A stretch of DNA of 64,000 nt. Origin: a virus (lineage: Duplodnaviria; Caudoviricetes). The translations under genes and the position numbers were made by a program. The notes beneath the pieces are model-generated. The model was not told where the DNA came from. It made no database searches and saw nothing but the letters and a program-made list of their open reading frames with translations. The DNA is taken from IMG/VR virus record IMGVR_UViG_3300030433_002269, positions 18,715 through 82,714 of that record; one strand, given 5' to 3'. Shown piece after piece: positions 47,042 through 57,044 of the stretch. Within the stretch, counting starts at the first letter, position 1. The number at the start of each line of letters is the position of its first letter.

Positions 47042-49731
47042 ATAACTGCACCTCCTTTACTTTGTTCTGCCAAGGCTTTAATTTTATCAAAACTATCATC
47101 GATAGGTTTGCCGCCAAGTTCTGGTAGTTCTGAGGGGTCAATTTCTGTAACCCCGCGATTATGGTCAATTAATTCTGGTGGTAAATCCCCTTGGTCATTT
47201 ATCTCTAATTCGGGTTGAGCACCACTAGCATGCTGTAAAGGCGGTACTGGCATTCCTTTAGCATTAGCACCTAGTAGTGGAGAAGCCGTGGGCGGCGGAG
47301 CAGTAGTAGCCATAGGTATCGTAGGAGGCCTTTGCATTCTTTCCCCCGTTTGAGTACCTGCTGCAGCCGCTCTAGCCTCGTTCTGACGAGCAAGGGCCTT
47401 TGCTTCGTATTTTTTCTTTTCATGTGCTAATTTGTTAGCCAACCTTTGCTCTTGCTCAGCAAGTCTCTCTTTTGTCTTAGTTCCTCTGACACCCGCTTCG
47501 AACTTTTCTTTCGCTTCCCATCCTCTTTGTGCTCGGGCTAATTTAGCGGCTTCTTGTTGCTGTGACTGTTTTTCTGAAATCTGACCTAACATCTGACGCT
47601 TCTCGTCCATGCTAGCCTTTGTTCCGAAAGGAATGAGGCCTTGTGCTTGTGCTCTGGCAAAAGCCATGTGAACATTCTCTTTTTCTGCTGCTTCAGCCTT
47701 TTGACGCCTTGTCGAAAGCCACTGACCTAACCCCTGACCTGCCCTAGCACCCTGTTGACCACCAAAGTAAACATTACTTGCAACTTGACCGAGGCTGCGG
47801 CCACCTGCAGCAAGGCCACCAAATGCACCTAGGGCTCTACCTATTTCCCTTCCGATTTTACCCCGTCTAGTAGGAGGTGCCCTGTGCCCTCCCGGTCCGC
47901 CTACAACATATACTGGCTTACCAGTGATATCATATTGCATCTCAACAGCGGCTTTCTTCAACATTGCTAATTTATTGTCGCTCCAGTCTATATTCCACCA
48001 TAGGTCCTCCTTAGTCGCCATTGGTATCTGTGGCGGTGATGCTTGAGGTGATGACGGAGGAGGAGGAGATGTAGCCATTGGTATAGGAGGTGCTGGAGCA
48101 GTAGGTGCTTCGACTGGTGTTCTACCCGGAATAGGTAATTGCAAACGAGGGCGAACAGGCTCTTCAGGTTGAGCCGGAGGATGAGGCTCATTACCCGGTG
48201 GTGCTAAGTTGGCACTAGTTAGAATCCTAGATTGCATATGCGAAGGAGCCTGAGATGTAACCGGTGCGTTTTGGAATACAGGTGCCATTTCAGATGTATC
48301 GATACCTGTCTCTGACAAATCGAATGGTTTCCAGCCCTTTGCATCTCTTATACCGGTAAGTAAAGGCTCGACCAATGCCCTGTGGTCAGGGCTATACTTA
48401 GCGTCAAGTGTCGAGTCTTCGTAATTCCTAATCATTTCCTCTGCCATTTTGACGGCTTTATCTTGTGGATGTCCTTCTGCCATAAGTTTGACACTCAAAC
48501 CTCTGTAAAGCGTTGCTAATTCGGCACCTCTGACACCTTGGCCTACATTACTTCTAGTGGTACCACCCATGCGCCTTCTACTTTTGTCGTGATGAGAATC
48601 GTCACCGGGCGTTATGCCAAAATGCTGAAACATCCTTCGCATGCCCTCTTTGTAGCGACCGCCTGTTGTACCTGCTCTGTGATAACTAGCCTGTATAGCA
48701 GGGGTTTTCCAAAGAGTGCTGAGTGTTGCAGGGTCAGATATATCATGCTTTACACCTTCCATCTCTAATGCTTCTGCCATTTTGTCCGAGTTATCTTTAC
48801 TACCCTTTCTACCTTTAGCGGTAGGTACGAACATCCAGTCTGGCATCATCCTGAGCATTCGACTAGGGTGCAAGTCCTTATGGGTGATAGAATCTTCCAT
48901 TGCTGCAGGTACCCCTAATCGATTCCTGACATTAGGGTGCATGGTACCACCCATCAGTGCTTTTTGCTCACCCTGACTTAATGCTATTACTCTACCATTG
49001 GTCAGTTTACTAATCGGTACCTTTGCACTTTGAGTGAAATAATATTTGTCTATGTCAGGGAAAGGAGCAGGTAATCCCTTAGAATATTCCCGTTTATTTA
49101 TGGCATCTAATATGAGGCGTGCAGACTCATAAGGTACGAAAAGACCAGCGTCAATTGATTGGCCTCGGTCAGCAGCAGCAACATCAGGTGTACCATGTTT
49201 GTAAGAATAATTCTGCTTCATGCCCAGTGAACCGTCAGTATTTCTGCGTCCTCTAACTTGATGGGTTCTCGCGTCTAACTTTCCCCCCTCAGGGTATCCA
49301 CCAACTACATTCTTTCTCCAAGAAGGATGGGCGAAAGGGCTCAATTTGTGATGGCTACCTTCAGGCTGTTGTTTGTTATGGTGATTAAAAATAGCGTCCA
49401 TTACACCCTCATGGCGGGTTATATCATGCATAGTGATGTCAGTCCTACCAGCAGCGTGCGCCGCTTCTAACAAATCTTTAGCAACAGCATCAACGGGGTG
49501 ATGACCTTCAATCAATTCTCCAGTCAGAGGATTATATGCAAGTGCAGGGTGGTCGGGGTCATCGCCTTCACCCAAAGCGTGTTCAGGAGGCCAACCCTCC
49601 ATAAAGTGCATTTCCCCATCGTCATCGATGAAGACCAAGTTAGCATTCTTTAGAATAGAATTTTCGTCATGGACAAAGTCTCGCCAAGTCTTAGTGACTT
49701 TACTGGGAATGTAAGTAGACTTGAACATCAA
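47038..49731 (-). CDS. Large hypothetical protein (897 aa), possible internal/ejection protein
   Basis: Pro-rich linkers with IPMAT x3; Gly/Ala amphipathic segment and coiled coil after MLKKA. Confidence 0.65.
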   Translation of the reverse strand: MMFKSTYIPSKVTKTWRDFVHDENSILKNANLVFIDDDGEMHFMEGWPPEHALGEGDDPDHPALAYNPLTGELIEGHHPVDAVAKDLLEAAHAAGRTDITMHDITRHEGVMDAIFNHHNKQQPEGSHHKLSPFAHPSWRKNVVGGYPEGGKLDARTHQVRGRRNTDGSLGMKQNYSYKHGTPDVAAADRGQSIDAGLFVPYESARLILDAINKREYSKGLPAPFPDIDKYYFTQSAKVPISKLTNGRVIALSQGEQKALMGGTMHPNVRNRLGVPAAMEDSITHKDLHPSRMLRMMPDWMFVPTAKGRKGSKDNSDKMAEALEMEGVKHDISDPATLSTLWKTPAIQASYHRAGTTGGRYKEGMRRMFQHFGITPGDDSHHDKSRRRMGGTTRSNVGQGVRGAELATLYRGLSVKLMAEGHPQDKAVKMAEEMIRNYEDSTLDAKYSPDHRALVEPLLTGIRDAKGWKPFDLSETGIDTSEMAPVFQNAPVTSQAPSHMQSRILTSANLAPPGNEPHPPAQPEEPVRPRLQLPIPGRTPVEAPTAPAPPIPMATSPPPPSSPQASPPQIPMATKEDLWWNIDWSDNKLAMLKKAAVEMQYDITGKPVYVVGGPGGHRAPPTRRGKIGREIGRALGAFGGLAAGGRSLGQVASNVYFGGQQGARAGQGLGQWLSTRRQKAEAAEKENVHMAFARAQAQGLIPFGTKASMDEKRQMLGQISEKQSQQQEAAKLARAQRGWEAKEKFEAGVRGTKTKERLAEQEQRLANKLAHEKKKYEAKALARQNEARAAAAGTQTGERMQRPPTIPMATTAPPPTASPLLGANAKGMPVPPLQHASGAQPELEINDQGDLPPELIDHNRGVTEIDPSELPELGGKPIDDSFDKIKALAEQSKGGAVI

Positions 49732-50891
49732 GCCGCCCTCCCACTACCAAGTCCTACGAAGATTTTGCCAGAAGCACCCATGTTTTTGTTTTCATCAGCA
49801 TCTATGCTTTCGGTACCACCTTGTGGATTAGTCGTACCACCATCCCTGTGCCCCGCTTCGTTATTTTCACCTTGTGTGGGGAATGCTTTCTGTGCATTTT
49901 CTTTAGCCTCAAGTTTGCGCTTTAGGTCTCTAAGCAGCCTTCTTATTTGAGAGAAGTGAAGATAATCCATATTCTTCTGCACTTCTTCCAAGTCCCCCTT
50001 GATATCTTGGTAAGCCTTGAGCGTGATGCTTGATTCCTTAATGTGAGGCTCTCCTACATTTTTTATCTTCTTTGGCTTAGTCATAGGCTTTGATTCTGAG
50101 CCGGGCATTTCTACAGGTTTATTCGGACTGGTAGTTCTTTCACCGAACTGACCGTGCCCTTGAATTTGACGAGGCATAGATATGCCACCTTGTGTGCGCT
50201 GACGAGCCATTTGGCCTCTCCAGTGTTTGTAACCACCAACATCTAGTTTCTTAGGATTAGTTGTCGAAAGGTGCTCCATACCAACTGCCAAAGGTGCATC
50301 CATTAGTCCTCCACCTTTATTGCCATGCTCGTGGTGTAACTCTCTGGCCTTCCCTTTAGCCCTTCTAGGATTAGCAGTCCAAATATCTCTACCGCCCGGT
50401 GTAGGCTCAAACTGAGGTTGTCCCCAAGGCTTCTGAGTTTTCAATAACTCTGACCAAGCAGCCTCCATTGGCTCACCAGTCATAACCGGCCTATAGCCAC
50501 CAAGCACACCATTAGTCTGAGCACCAATCGCTGTACTAACATCAGGTCCAGCCTGACCGGGCATACCAGTCAACTGACTGACTTCGGCACCAATGGCATT
50601 TTCATCTTCACCCATCATCTGAGGGTCTTCACCCGGACTCATAGGTGGTAGACCTAAATCCATTGGCTCTTCATCAATTTCGACTTTAAGGTGAGGGAGG
50701 TTCTGTACTTTATCATCAGCCTCTTGCTTTGCTTGCTTCTTGTCACGCATCTGCTCTAACTGCTCTGGGTCACCAAAGCCATATTTTGACTCATCGATAT
50801 CGTCACGAGTATAGAGATTTTCAGCCTCAGAACGAGGATTATACATTCTGGTATCAGAACCAGTTCCCATTCCTCCCTGTCCACTCGGCAT
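49728..50891 (-). CDS. Hypothetical protein (387 aa) with internal GEPMEAAWSELLK motif
   Basis: Acidic N-half, basic C-half, separated by the motif. Confidence 0.7.
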   Translation of the reverse strand: MPSGQGGMGTGSDTRMYNPRSEAENLYTRDDIDESKYGFGDPEQLEQMRDKKQAKQEADDKVQNLPHLKVEIDEEPMDLGLPPMSPGEDPQMMGEDENAIGAEVSQLTGMPGQAGPDVSTAIGAQTNGVLGGYRPVMTGEPMEAAWSELLKTQKPWGQPQFEPTPGGRDIWTANPRRAKGKARELHHEHGNKGGGLMDAPLAVGMEHLSTTNPKKLDVGGYKHWRGQMARQRTQGGISMPRQIQGHGQFGERTTSPNKPVEMPGSESKPMTKPKKIKNVGEPHIKESSITLKAYQDIKGDLEEVQKNMDYLHFSQIRRLLRDLKRKLEAKENAQKAFPTQGENNEAGHRDGGTTNPQGGTESIDADENKNMGASGKIFVGLGSGRAA

Positions 50892-50896
50892 TCAAT

Positions 50897-51613
50897 TCAC
50901 TCCAATACTTCGATTATATCTGGGTCAAGTTCGCCATCTGCTTGTGACAGAATCTGTTGCTTGATACGCTTCCAAGTGTCTGGACTTTCTTTACCCAGTT
51001 CCAACTTGAGGATATTGATTGTGTTAGTAGATGCAGCCTTGGTTGGCTCTGCCCACTTCTCTTGATACTTGCTTAAGTCTTTGAGAGTCTCTCTAACTTC
51101 TTTGTGCAACTTGACCATATCGGATACAACTCCATCGTCATGTATGCTGGTTTCAGCCATGAACTGACTTAATTTTGCATTAAGCCCTTCTACATTGGAG
51201 CGCATCAAGTCTACTTCTTCTCCTACTTTCAATGCTACAACCGCAGTTGCACTTTTCTTGACAAGTGGTTGGAAATGATGCTTCATATGACGGAATACCA
51301 ACTGCTCGGAGCAATCAAGTTCTTTGGAAATCTCGTCAGTAGTAATTTCTCCCTCAAAGTAAGAAACCTCATACGCCTTTCGATTATCACTAGTGCAGAC
51401 TACACAAGAGTGATTTGCACCAGCGTGATAATCCCCCATATGATTGTTCATATGACGCTCTGTAGTGTTGGCTCTCCAACCCATTTCTCGGTCTAAGTCA
51501 CGAGGCTCTAGTATACCATCTACTAGATTTTGCTCAAGGTCATCCCTGTCTTCTTGTTGACACAAGGGGCAAGATGCTCTTGTCTGGCGACCGGTCCCCA
51601 TACGCATTCCCAT
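50897..51613 (-). CDS. Putative terminase small subunit with two tandem Zn/HTH units (start 51613, 51607 or 51601)
   Basis: CPLC...ERHMNNH and CVVC...FRHMKHH repeats, then coiled coil; upstream of terL. Confidence 0.5.
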   Translation of the reverse strand: MGMRMGTGRQTRASCPLCQQEDRDDLEQNLVDGILEPRDLDREMGWRANTTERHMNNHMGDYHAGANHSCVVCTSDNRKAYEVSYFEGEITTDEISKELDCSEQLVFRHMKHHFQPLVKKSATAVVALKVGEEVDLMRSNVEGLNAKLSQFMAETSIHDDGVVSDMVKLHKEVRETLKDLSKYQEKWAEPTKAASTNTINILKLELGKESPDTWKRIKQQILSQADGELDPDIIEVLE

Positions 51614-51693
51614 GACAAAGGTATGAATAACCCTTTTGTATGGAAAGGTTGAGAATAGGTCTGATGAAACTACCAAGAGCGAAGCCCAGAATC

Positions 51694-52002
51694 ATGGGAG
51701 TTCCCATATCTATAGAGACCGTAAAAGGCCTTACTAAAGCGGGTAGAGACATATTTACCAGAAGATTTGTCGACGATGATGTCAAGAAAATAAGACAGGA
51801 CATCTGTATGGTATGCCCAAGTTGGGAACACAAGAGTAACCGATGCAAAGAATGTGGGTGCCAGATGAGAATCAAGACTAGCCTTGCTTCTAGTTCATGC
51901 CCACTTGGTAAATGGTATGCTCACGGCGAGTCACTACATCTCACTGATTCTGGAATAGATAGTGCCGAGCATGAAGAAGGCACCGAAGAGACCAGCGACT
52001 AA
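51694..52002 (+). CDS. Cys-rich small protein (CxxC...CxxCGC...K...CPxGKW)
   Basis: CMVC..CKECGCQMRIKTSLASSSCPLGKW, a pattern common in phage proteins; opposite strand to neighbours. Confidence 0.65.
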   Translation: MGVPISIETVKGLTKAGRDIFTRRFVDDDVKKIRQDICMVCPSWEHKSNRCKECGCQMRIKTSLASSSCPLGKWYAHGESLHLTDSGIDSAEHEEGTEETSD

Positions 52003-52185
52003 ATAGGCCATTACGGTACTACTAATCGAATCTGAACCTACTAACAAGATAATCCCTAATGTGACAATTATCGATAATAACTGAACCATCACCATATCAA
52101 CAATAACGGTTTTCTTAGGAGCAAAAACCCCTAATGTACCGCTAGCAAAACCTACTCCTAATTTGTCTCTGTCCATCATAATCAC
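51934..52185 (-). CDS. Small two-TM membrane protein (83 aa)
   Basis: Two hydrophobic stretches; SD GAGGTGA. Confidence 0.65.
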   Translation of the reverse strand: MIMMDRDKLGVGFASGTLGVFAPKKTVIVDMVMVQLLSIIVTLGIILLVGSDSISSTVMAYLVAGLFGAFFMLGTIYSRISEM

Positions 52186-52823
52186 CTCATTCCCATCATC
52201 TTACCCATGAAAGAGCCAGCATTACTACTAACTTTGTTCATGAATCCTTCATCTTGCAATGCTGCATTCAAAGCACCGCCCATCATACTTTGTTGAGCAA
52301 GAGCCGCAATCTGTTGCTGCTGCATCTCCGCTTGCTGAATATTGGTTTGACTTGCCATCTGCAGTGCGTTAAACTGACTTGTGACATTCTCAGCACTCAT
52401 TGTCTGAAGATTAGAAGGAAGGCTGGTTATATCCATCTTCATGGTGTCACTCTCGCCATCAATTGTAAAAGTGGCGTTCTTCAGTATCTCCAATACAGAG
52501 AAACTAACAAGGTCATTGAGCAACTGAAGCATAGTAGCCATCTGTGCACTACCGATGAACCTATCCATAGGTGCCAGCGTCTTCATCAAAGCAAGTTGTA
52601 TCTCTGCTTCGCTTGGAGGAGTCATAGGTTGACCCATCATTCCCATTTGTTGTTGGTTCATCCCCATACCTGCCATGAAACCTTGTGCCATTCCATTTTG
52701 AGCAAAGCCTTGTTGCTGTTGCGGAGCAAATGGGTTTGCAAAGTTATTACCTTGCGATGCTTGGTTATTCACACCCAGATTTAGGGCTCCGTTTTGCTGT
52801 CCTGTATTACCAAATAGACTCAT
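52182..52823 (-). CDS. Q/M/G/N-rich low-complexity protein (213 aa)
   Basis: Composition; central helical segment. Confidence 0.7.
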   Translation of the reverse strand: MSLFGNTGQQNGALNLGVNNQASQGNNFANPFAPQQQQGFAQNGMAQGFMAGMGMNQQQMGMMGQPMTPPSEAEIQLALMKTLAPMDRFIGSAQMATMLQLLNDLVSFSVLEILKNATFTIDGESDTMKMDITSLPSNLQTMSAENVTSQFNALQMASQTNIQQAEMQQQQIAALAQQSMMGGALNAALQDEGFMNKVSSNAGSFMGKMMGMR

Positions 52824-52832
52824 ATTATCACT

Positions 52833-53861
52833 TCATTGTTGGGGTAAAGTCATCTGCTCTTGAGGGGCGGCTATAGTTTGGGCAGAAGGTACTCCCTCAT
52901 TATTGATTGCCCCGTTAACCGCTGCAACGGCAGATGGATTAGGATTCTGCATAATACCAAGATTATTAATTGCGTCAGCCAATGTAGGCTGCTGAGAAAG
53001 AATCTCCTGTTGGAAAAGCCTGAGGTCGAACACAATCATAGTTACATCGTTGATTCCGGTCTCAGGGTTCTTGTAATGTAACAAATTGATACCGGCTTGT
53101 GTCTTAGAGTCCTTTTCAAGTTCGACGAAGAAAGGCTCATACTTCTTGAGGAACTCAGGCGTGTTATCCTTTTTCTTAACTATAGAAATTGGTACTGCTA
53201 CAGTAGATACACCTTTCTTCATCATTTCCTTGAGGCCGATTTTAGTCTTGTTGTGGTCCTTATCGTTTTCAGATTCCCACTTACAAAGAAGATGGTAAAG
53301 GTGTAGATGCTCAGGGCAATAAGTCCCTTTCATCTTGCGACCATTGGTCACTTGCTCTCTAGCAACAAATGGTTCAGGAGTACCAGTCACTGGATTTTTC
53401 CAATAAAGGTCCCAAAGACTCTTACCTGTCTCCTCATCACAAATCTTAGCATACAGATTATCGTATTTGATTAACTCTTCACAGTCACATCCGTCAATAA
53501 CACATAGGTTGCTCTGTCGGTTGTAACGGTATTTTCGCCCCCAGACCCAACGAACTGGGTTATACCAAGCCCTCTTAGTAGGCGTTAGTAATTTGCGAGC
53601 CTGCTTGATATCTTGCTTTCTGGCCTTTCTTGGGTCAGGGTTCCTACTAGGGTAGAAATTAACCTGAGGGACCTCTATGTTTTGCTTTTGTGCAACATCT
53701 TTCATCCCTTGCTGCGCTGCCTGCATTTCAAGCAACTGCTCGTGACTTGCATTACCTTGTTGACCAAGTGCCATCAAGTGCGCTTGGCTCATGTTAGCAA
53801 GGTTAGCATCGCCCCTTGGAACTCTACCGTAACCACCAAATCCCATACTCATTCTATTCAT
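52833..53861 (-). CDS. Hypothetical protein with split Zn-binding motif (342 aa)
   Basis: CVIDGCDC...YCPEH; Q/M-rich termini; SD AGGTGA. Confidence 0.7.
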   Translation of the reverse strand: MNRMSMGFGGYGRVPRGDANLANMSQAHLMALGQQGNASHEQLLEMQAAQQGMKDVAQKQNIEVPQVNFYPSRNPDPRKARKQDIKQARKLLTPTKRAWYNPVRWVWGRKYRYNRQSNLCVIDGCDCEELIKYDNLYAKICDEETGKSLWDLYWKNPVTGTPEPFVAREQVTNGRKMKGTYCPEHLHLYHLLCKWESENDKDHNKTKIGLKEMMKKGVSTVAVPISIVKKKDNTPEFLKKYEPFFVELEKDSKTQAGINLLHYKNPETGINDVTMIVFDLRLFQQEILSQQPTLADAINNLGIMQNPNPSAVAAVNGAINNEGVPSAQTIAAPQEQMTLPQQ

Positions 53862-53890
53862 TCTCTCTCACCTTTTGATAAATAATTTAC

Positions 53891-54613
53891 TCACATCGAT
53901 AACAAATCAATCATCGTATTCTCGACATTCCACCCAATGCGTGTGGCCATCATACTCCTTTTAGTAGGTATACCCGCTTTTTGTAACCTAATCAAGTCTT
54001 CTCTGAACGGGTCAAATATCTTGTGTTCACCTAAACGCTGTTGCTGCCAGAGGACATTCGCTGGCTCATCCCACCACTGGTCCGCTTTATTGGCAACCAA
54101 CATAATTACCTTGGGGCAATACTTCTTACCCCGCCACCAAGACCTAATAGTTCGATATCGATATTGTCGATGAAGTATAGCGTCTACCAAATACTTGAAT
54201 CCACCGACAGCCTGCACAGCGTCATCTCCACCAAGTCCTACTCGGTGGTCAAATACGAATACTATTGCCTCTACCTGTCGATTAACCATATCATCAATCC
54301 ACAGATTCCAAAACCTATCTTCACCAGCGATATCAGAGGAGTATACTACACGATGGTCACCTTTCCAACTCAACCGTTTGCGAGTAGGATTGGGTAAAAG
54401 AAACCGATTCATGCCCGGGACTTTGAAGTGCTTAGTTCTCTCATCTATAGAAATCTCTTCCATCTCACCGGGTGTAGTCATGTAACGGTCTAGCGTCGTC
54501 TTCCCTACCATAGTGGGCCCATAGATACCGACTCGTCGTGGCTTCCAATAGTGCCACAGTTCCTTGGCGAACACCATACCCCCAACAAGTGCAGAACCAC
54601 CCATTACAGACAT
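53891..54613 (-). CDS. Small Ras/Arf-like P-loop GTPase with hydrophobic N-terminus (240 aa)
   Basis: G1 GPTMVGKTT, probable G2 Thr (ERTKH), G3 DIAGE, G4 ANKAD; strand EAIVFVFD. Confidence 0.8.
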   Translation of the reverse strand: MSVMGGSALVGGMVFAKELWHYWKPRRVGIYGPTMVGKTTLDRYMTTPGEMEEISIDERTKHFKVPGMNRFLLPNPTRKRLSWKGDHRVVYSSDIAGEDRFWNLWIDDMVNRQVEAIVFVFDHRVGLGGDDAVQAVGGFKYLVDAILHRQYRYRTIRSWWRGKKYCPKVIMLVANKADQWWDEPANVLWQQQRLGEHKIFDPFREDLIRLQKAGIPTKRSMMATRIGWNVENTMIDLLSM

Positions 54614-54621
54614 GATATCAC

Positions 54622-54879
54622 CTAGTCAAAAATTGCATTGGACCATTCTGCAAGTTTGTTTTTCAACCAGTTACCACTAGATTCCCAGAGATTCCAGTCT
54701 GAATAAAACTCAAAGGCGCTTACTACGAAGGCGGTTAGCGTAGAAAAGATGACCACTTTAATCCAACCAACAGTGCGCTCATATGCTACATCTACAGTGT
54801 TAGCAATATGCATGCTCCTCAGAGTTTCTTCGACTGCATCGTCGGAAGGAGTCTTGAATATACGGCCCAAATGCATCAC
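54622..54879 (-). CDS. Single-TM membrane protein (85 aa)
   Basis: WIKVVIFSTLTAFVVSAFEF. Confidence 0.65.
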   Translation of the reverse strand: MMHLGRIFKTPSDDAVEETLRSMHIANTVDVAYERTVGWIKVVIFSTLTAFVVSAFEFYSDWNLWESSGNWLKNKLAEWSNAIFD

Positions 54880-55451
54880 GCCTTAGTCTTCTTCTCATAT
54901 CTTTTGTCTGGAGTCCCGTCTTTCTTCAAGCGGACCGGTTCCTCGTTATCAGAAAAGTCGATACCAAGGCTAAGTGGAGCCTTTTCTTTAGTGACTTCTG
55001 GTATGAAATCAACGGTGTTAGTGCTACTACCTACTACCCTAGATTCAAGCCAAGGTGGAGTTTTACCGGGATTACTTTCCATCCAATTTAATTCAGCGTT
55101 GAGTTGCGCTTCTTGCATTTTCATTTCCATGTCCATTCGTCTTTGGTCAAAAGATGTCTCCATTACACGGTAGCGCATGCGGCGCTCTCTTTCTTGAGTA
55201 GCAATTCTGGCTTTTTCGTCCATCCCTTGCTGGAAAAACATCTTGAAAATATAGTAAGCAATCCCTTGCACGGCAAACGCAGCCATTGCATAGGTTATTC
55301 CATTCATTCCGGGTTCGTCTAATACAATCCATAATTCAGCGTCAAATATGCCTACTGCAAGTCCAATAGTCATAGCCTGTACTAGGATTAAACCCATCAG
55401 GCGAATCTCGCTTTGGTCGTGCTCAGGCATGGGGTTAGATGAAGATATCAT
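54876..55451 (-). CDS. Two-TM membrane protein with coiled coil (191 aa)
   Basis: Two N-terminal hydrophobic helices, R/M/E/Q coiled coil, KKDGTPDKRY tail. Confidence 0.7.
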   Translation of the reverse strand: MISSSNPMPEHDQSEIRLMGLILVQAMTIGLAVGIFDAELWIVLDEPGMNGITYAMAAFAVQGIAYYIFKMFFQQGMDEKARIATQERERRMRYRVMETSFDQRRMDMEMKMQEAQLNAELNWMESNPGKTPPWLESRVVGSSTNTVDFIPEVTKEKAPLSLGIDFSDNEEPVRLKKDGTPDKRYEKKTKA

Positions 55452-55476
55452 TAAGGCTCCCTCTCATGTAACCGAA

Positions 55477-55491
55477 AGTATAGTGTCACAT
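55477..55491 (-). promoter_or_regulatory. Putative operator TATGTGACACTATAC(T)
   Basis: 14-bp exact match AGTATAGTGTCACA to 61141-61154; upstream of the GTPase operon. Confidence 0.5.
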
Positions 55492-55516
55492 AAATGATTC
55501 TATGATAAATTAAGGT

Positions 55517-55547
55517 GGGCATAGGCCAAGAGGGATAGGCCTCGCCC
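55517..55547 (-). terminator. Intergenic hairpin after the 55584 gene
   Basis: GGGC/GCCC plus AGGCC/GGCCT stems. Confidence 0.35.
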
Positions 55548-55583
55548 AAGCCCAATTATTCATTCATTCTATTCAAATTCTTC

Positions 55584-56759
55584 TCACTCAGCCTTTTCGG
55601 AGTCCAACTTGTCAGGCTTGCCTTCGGTACTTGGACCGGGCTTACCATGACCCATTACAAGGATAAGGGCAGCGCCGCCTTTCTTGGGCTTCTTCTCTTC
55701 CTTTTCTTTGTACATGTTCTCCTTGGCTTTGTTGAGAAGGTCATCACCTAAACTCATATTCTCACCTAATCTAATATCGCCATATTCTGGCCTTTCCTCG
55801 AATTCCTTCATTTCCTGACCATAATGCCCTTGGGCAGCCTTTTCTCCTTCATATACTGCGAAGTTAGGACCACCTTGTGAATACCCTGTTGCTAAATCCC
55901 CCATACCGTGACCTTGTCCAAATTCAAAGTCACCTTGAGGGTCACCGAAGCCGAAGCCAGATGACTGTCCACCATAACCAGCAGCACCAAAGTCACCAGA
56001 GGTAGGCACATCCCAATCGTCGGCAAGTTGATTCGCAAACCAACTTAGGGCCAAAGGACCGGAGCGCTGCGCCACTCTACCCAATGCTCCTCTAACTTTA
56101 CCAACATCCATGATGTCTTTATCTACGAGTCTCATCTTAGGGATACCGTCAGCCGTTCTAACTACATTACCGAACTCGTCAGTCACAGGTATCCATTGTC
56201 TACCCATCTGTGAAGCGCCCATACGATGGCCGACTCTTTCAACCGCTCTACCGGGGGCCCCTGTAACATGAGGCAAGATATTACTTCTAGGCATAATTCT
56301 ACCCGCTGCAGTACCCACATCGGTAGCCGCTGGTTGCATTGCTCTTCCTAATCTGGAAACCTGTGGACCAGCGGTCCTCATAGCAGCACCGCCGCCACGA
56401 GCAGCAGCCCTACCGTAAGAAAATGGATTGAGGCCCTGCATAGCACCTAGACCAAGTCCCAAAGCCCTGTGACCAAGATTAGGGTCATCTGTTGTGCCCC
56501 ATGTCATTCCAAGAATCGGGTCTTCATACCTGACCATATTCGGGTCAAATCCAAAGAAGTCTTTTTCGTCATCACCAATAGCATCTAAACCGTGCATACC
56601 TTGTGAGCGAGCGGCACCATAAGCAGCGAATAGAGCAGGTACTGCGAGTGCTAACGGTGCAATTTTTTCCAAATTGTCCCCAGACTCTGCAATCTCAAGC
56701 CCTCTGTCGGACTTAATCAAATTCATAGCCGAATCAATCGGATTTGATGAATTCGACAT
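55584..56759 (-). CDS. Gly/Ala-rich amphipathic protein with N-terminal NPIDSAMNLIKS motif; possible ejection protein
   Basis: Hydrophobic LALAVPALFAAYGAA and ALGLGLGAMQGL; start moved to ATG 56759. Confidence 0.65.
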   Translation of the reverse strand: MSNSSNPIDSAMNLIKSDRGLEIAESGDNLEKIAPLALAVPALFAAYGAARSQGMHGLDAIGDDEKDFFGFDPNMVRYEDPILGMTWGTTDDPNLGHRALGLGLGAMQGLNPFSYGRAAARGGGAAMRTAGPQVSRLGRAMQPAATDVGTAAGRIMPRSNILPHVTGAPGRAVERVGHRMGASQMGRQWIPVTDEFGNVVRTADGIPKMRLVDKDIMDVGKVRGALGRVAQRSGPLALSWFANQLADDWDVPTSGDFGAAGYGGQSSGFGFGDPQGDFEFGQGHGMGDLATGYSQGGPNFAVYEGEKAAQGHYGQEMKEFEERPEYGDIRLGENMSLGDDLLNKAKENMYKEKEEKKPKKGGAALILVMGHGKPGPSTEGKPDKLDSEKAE

Positions 56760-56967
56760 GTAAACCCCCACGAAGTCGTTGGTCATAAGCGTGTTGTATG
56801 AAGTGGTGATTATCAGCGGCCATCATTAGTAGTGACAAAACATCCCAAGAATCGTCTTTGTCTACAGTCTCCTCTATCTTGATGAGGTCTTCTAAAGCCA
56901 TAGATTCCATGGCACGGAGCACATTGCTCCACCAGTCGGTGGGCATGATAGGTGCCTCTTCGGGCAT
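56734..56967 (-). CDS. Hypothetical protein (77 aa)
   Basis: SD GAGGT; AT-rich promoter-like sequence upstream. Confidence 0.6.
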   Translation of the reverse strand: MPEEAPIMPTDWWSNVLRAMESMALEDLIKIEETVDKDDSWDVLSLLMMAADNHHFIQHAYDQRLRGGLHVEFIKSD

Positions 56968-57044
56968 ACCTCACTCTATAGAGTAATAGTAAAAAGTCAT
57001 TGTGGACAAAACAATCATGTATAACTATACTTGACAGATAAGCG

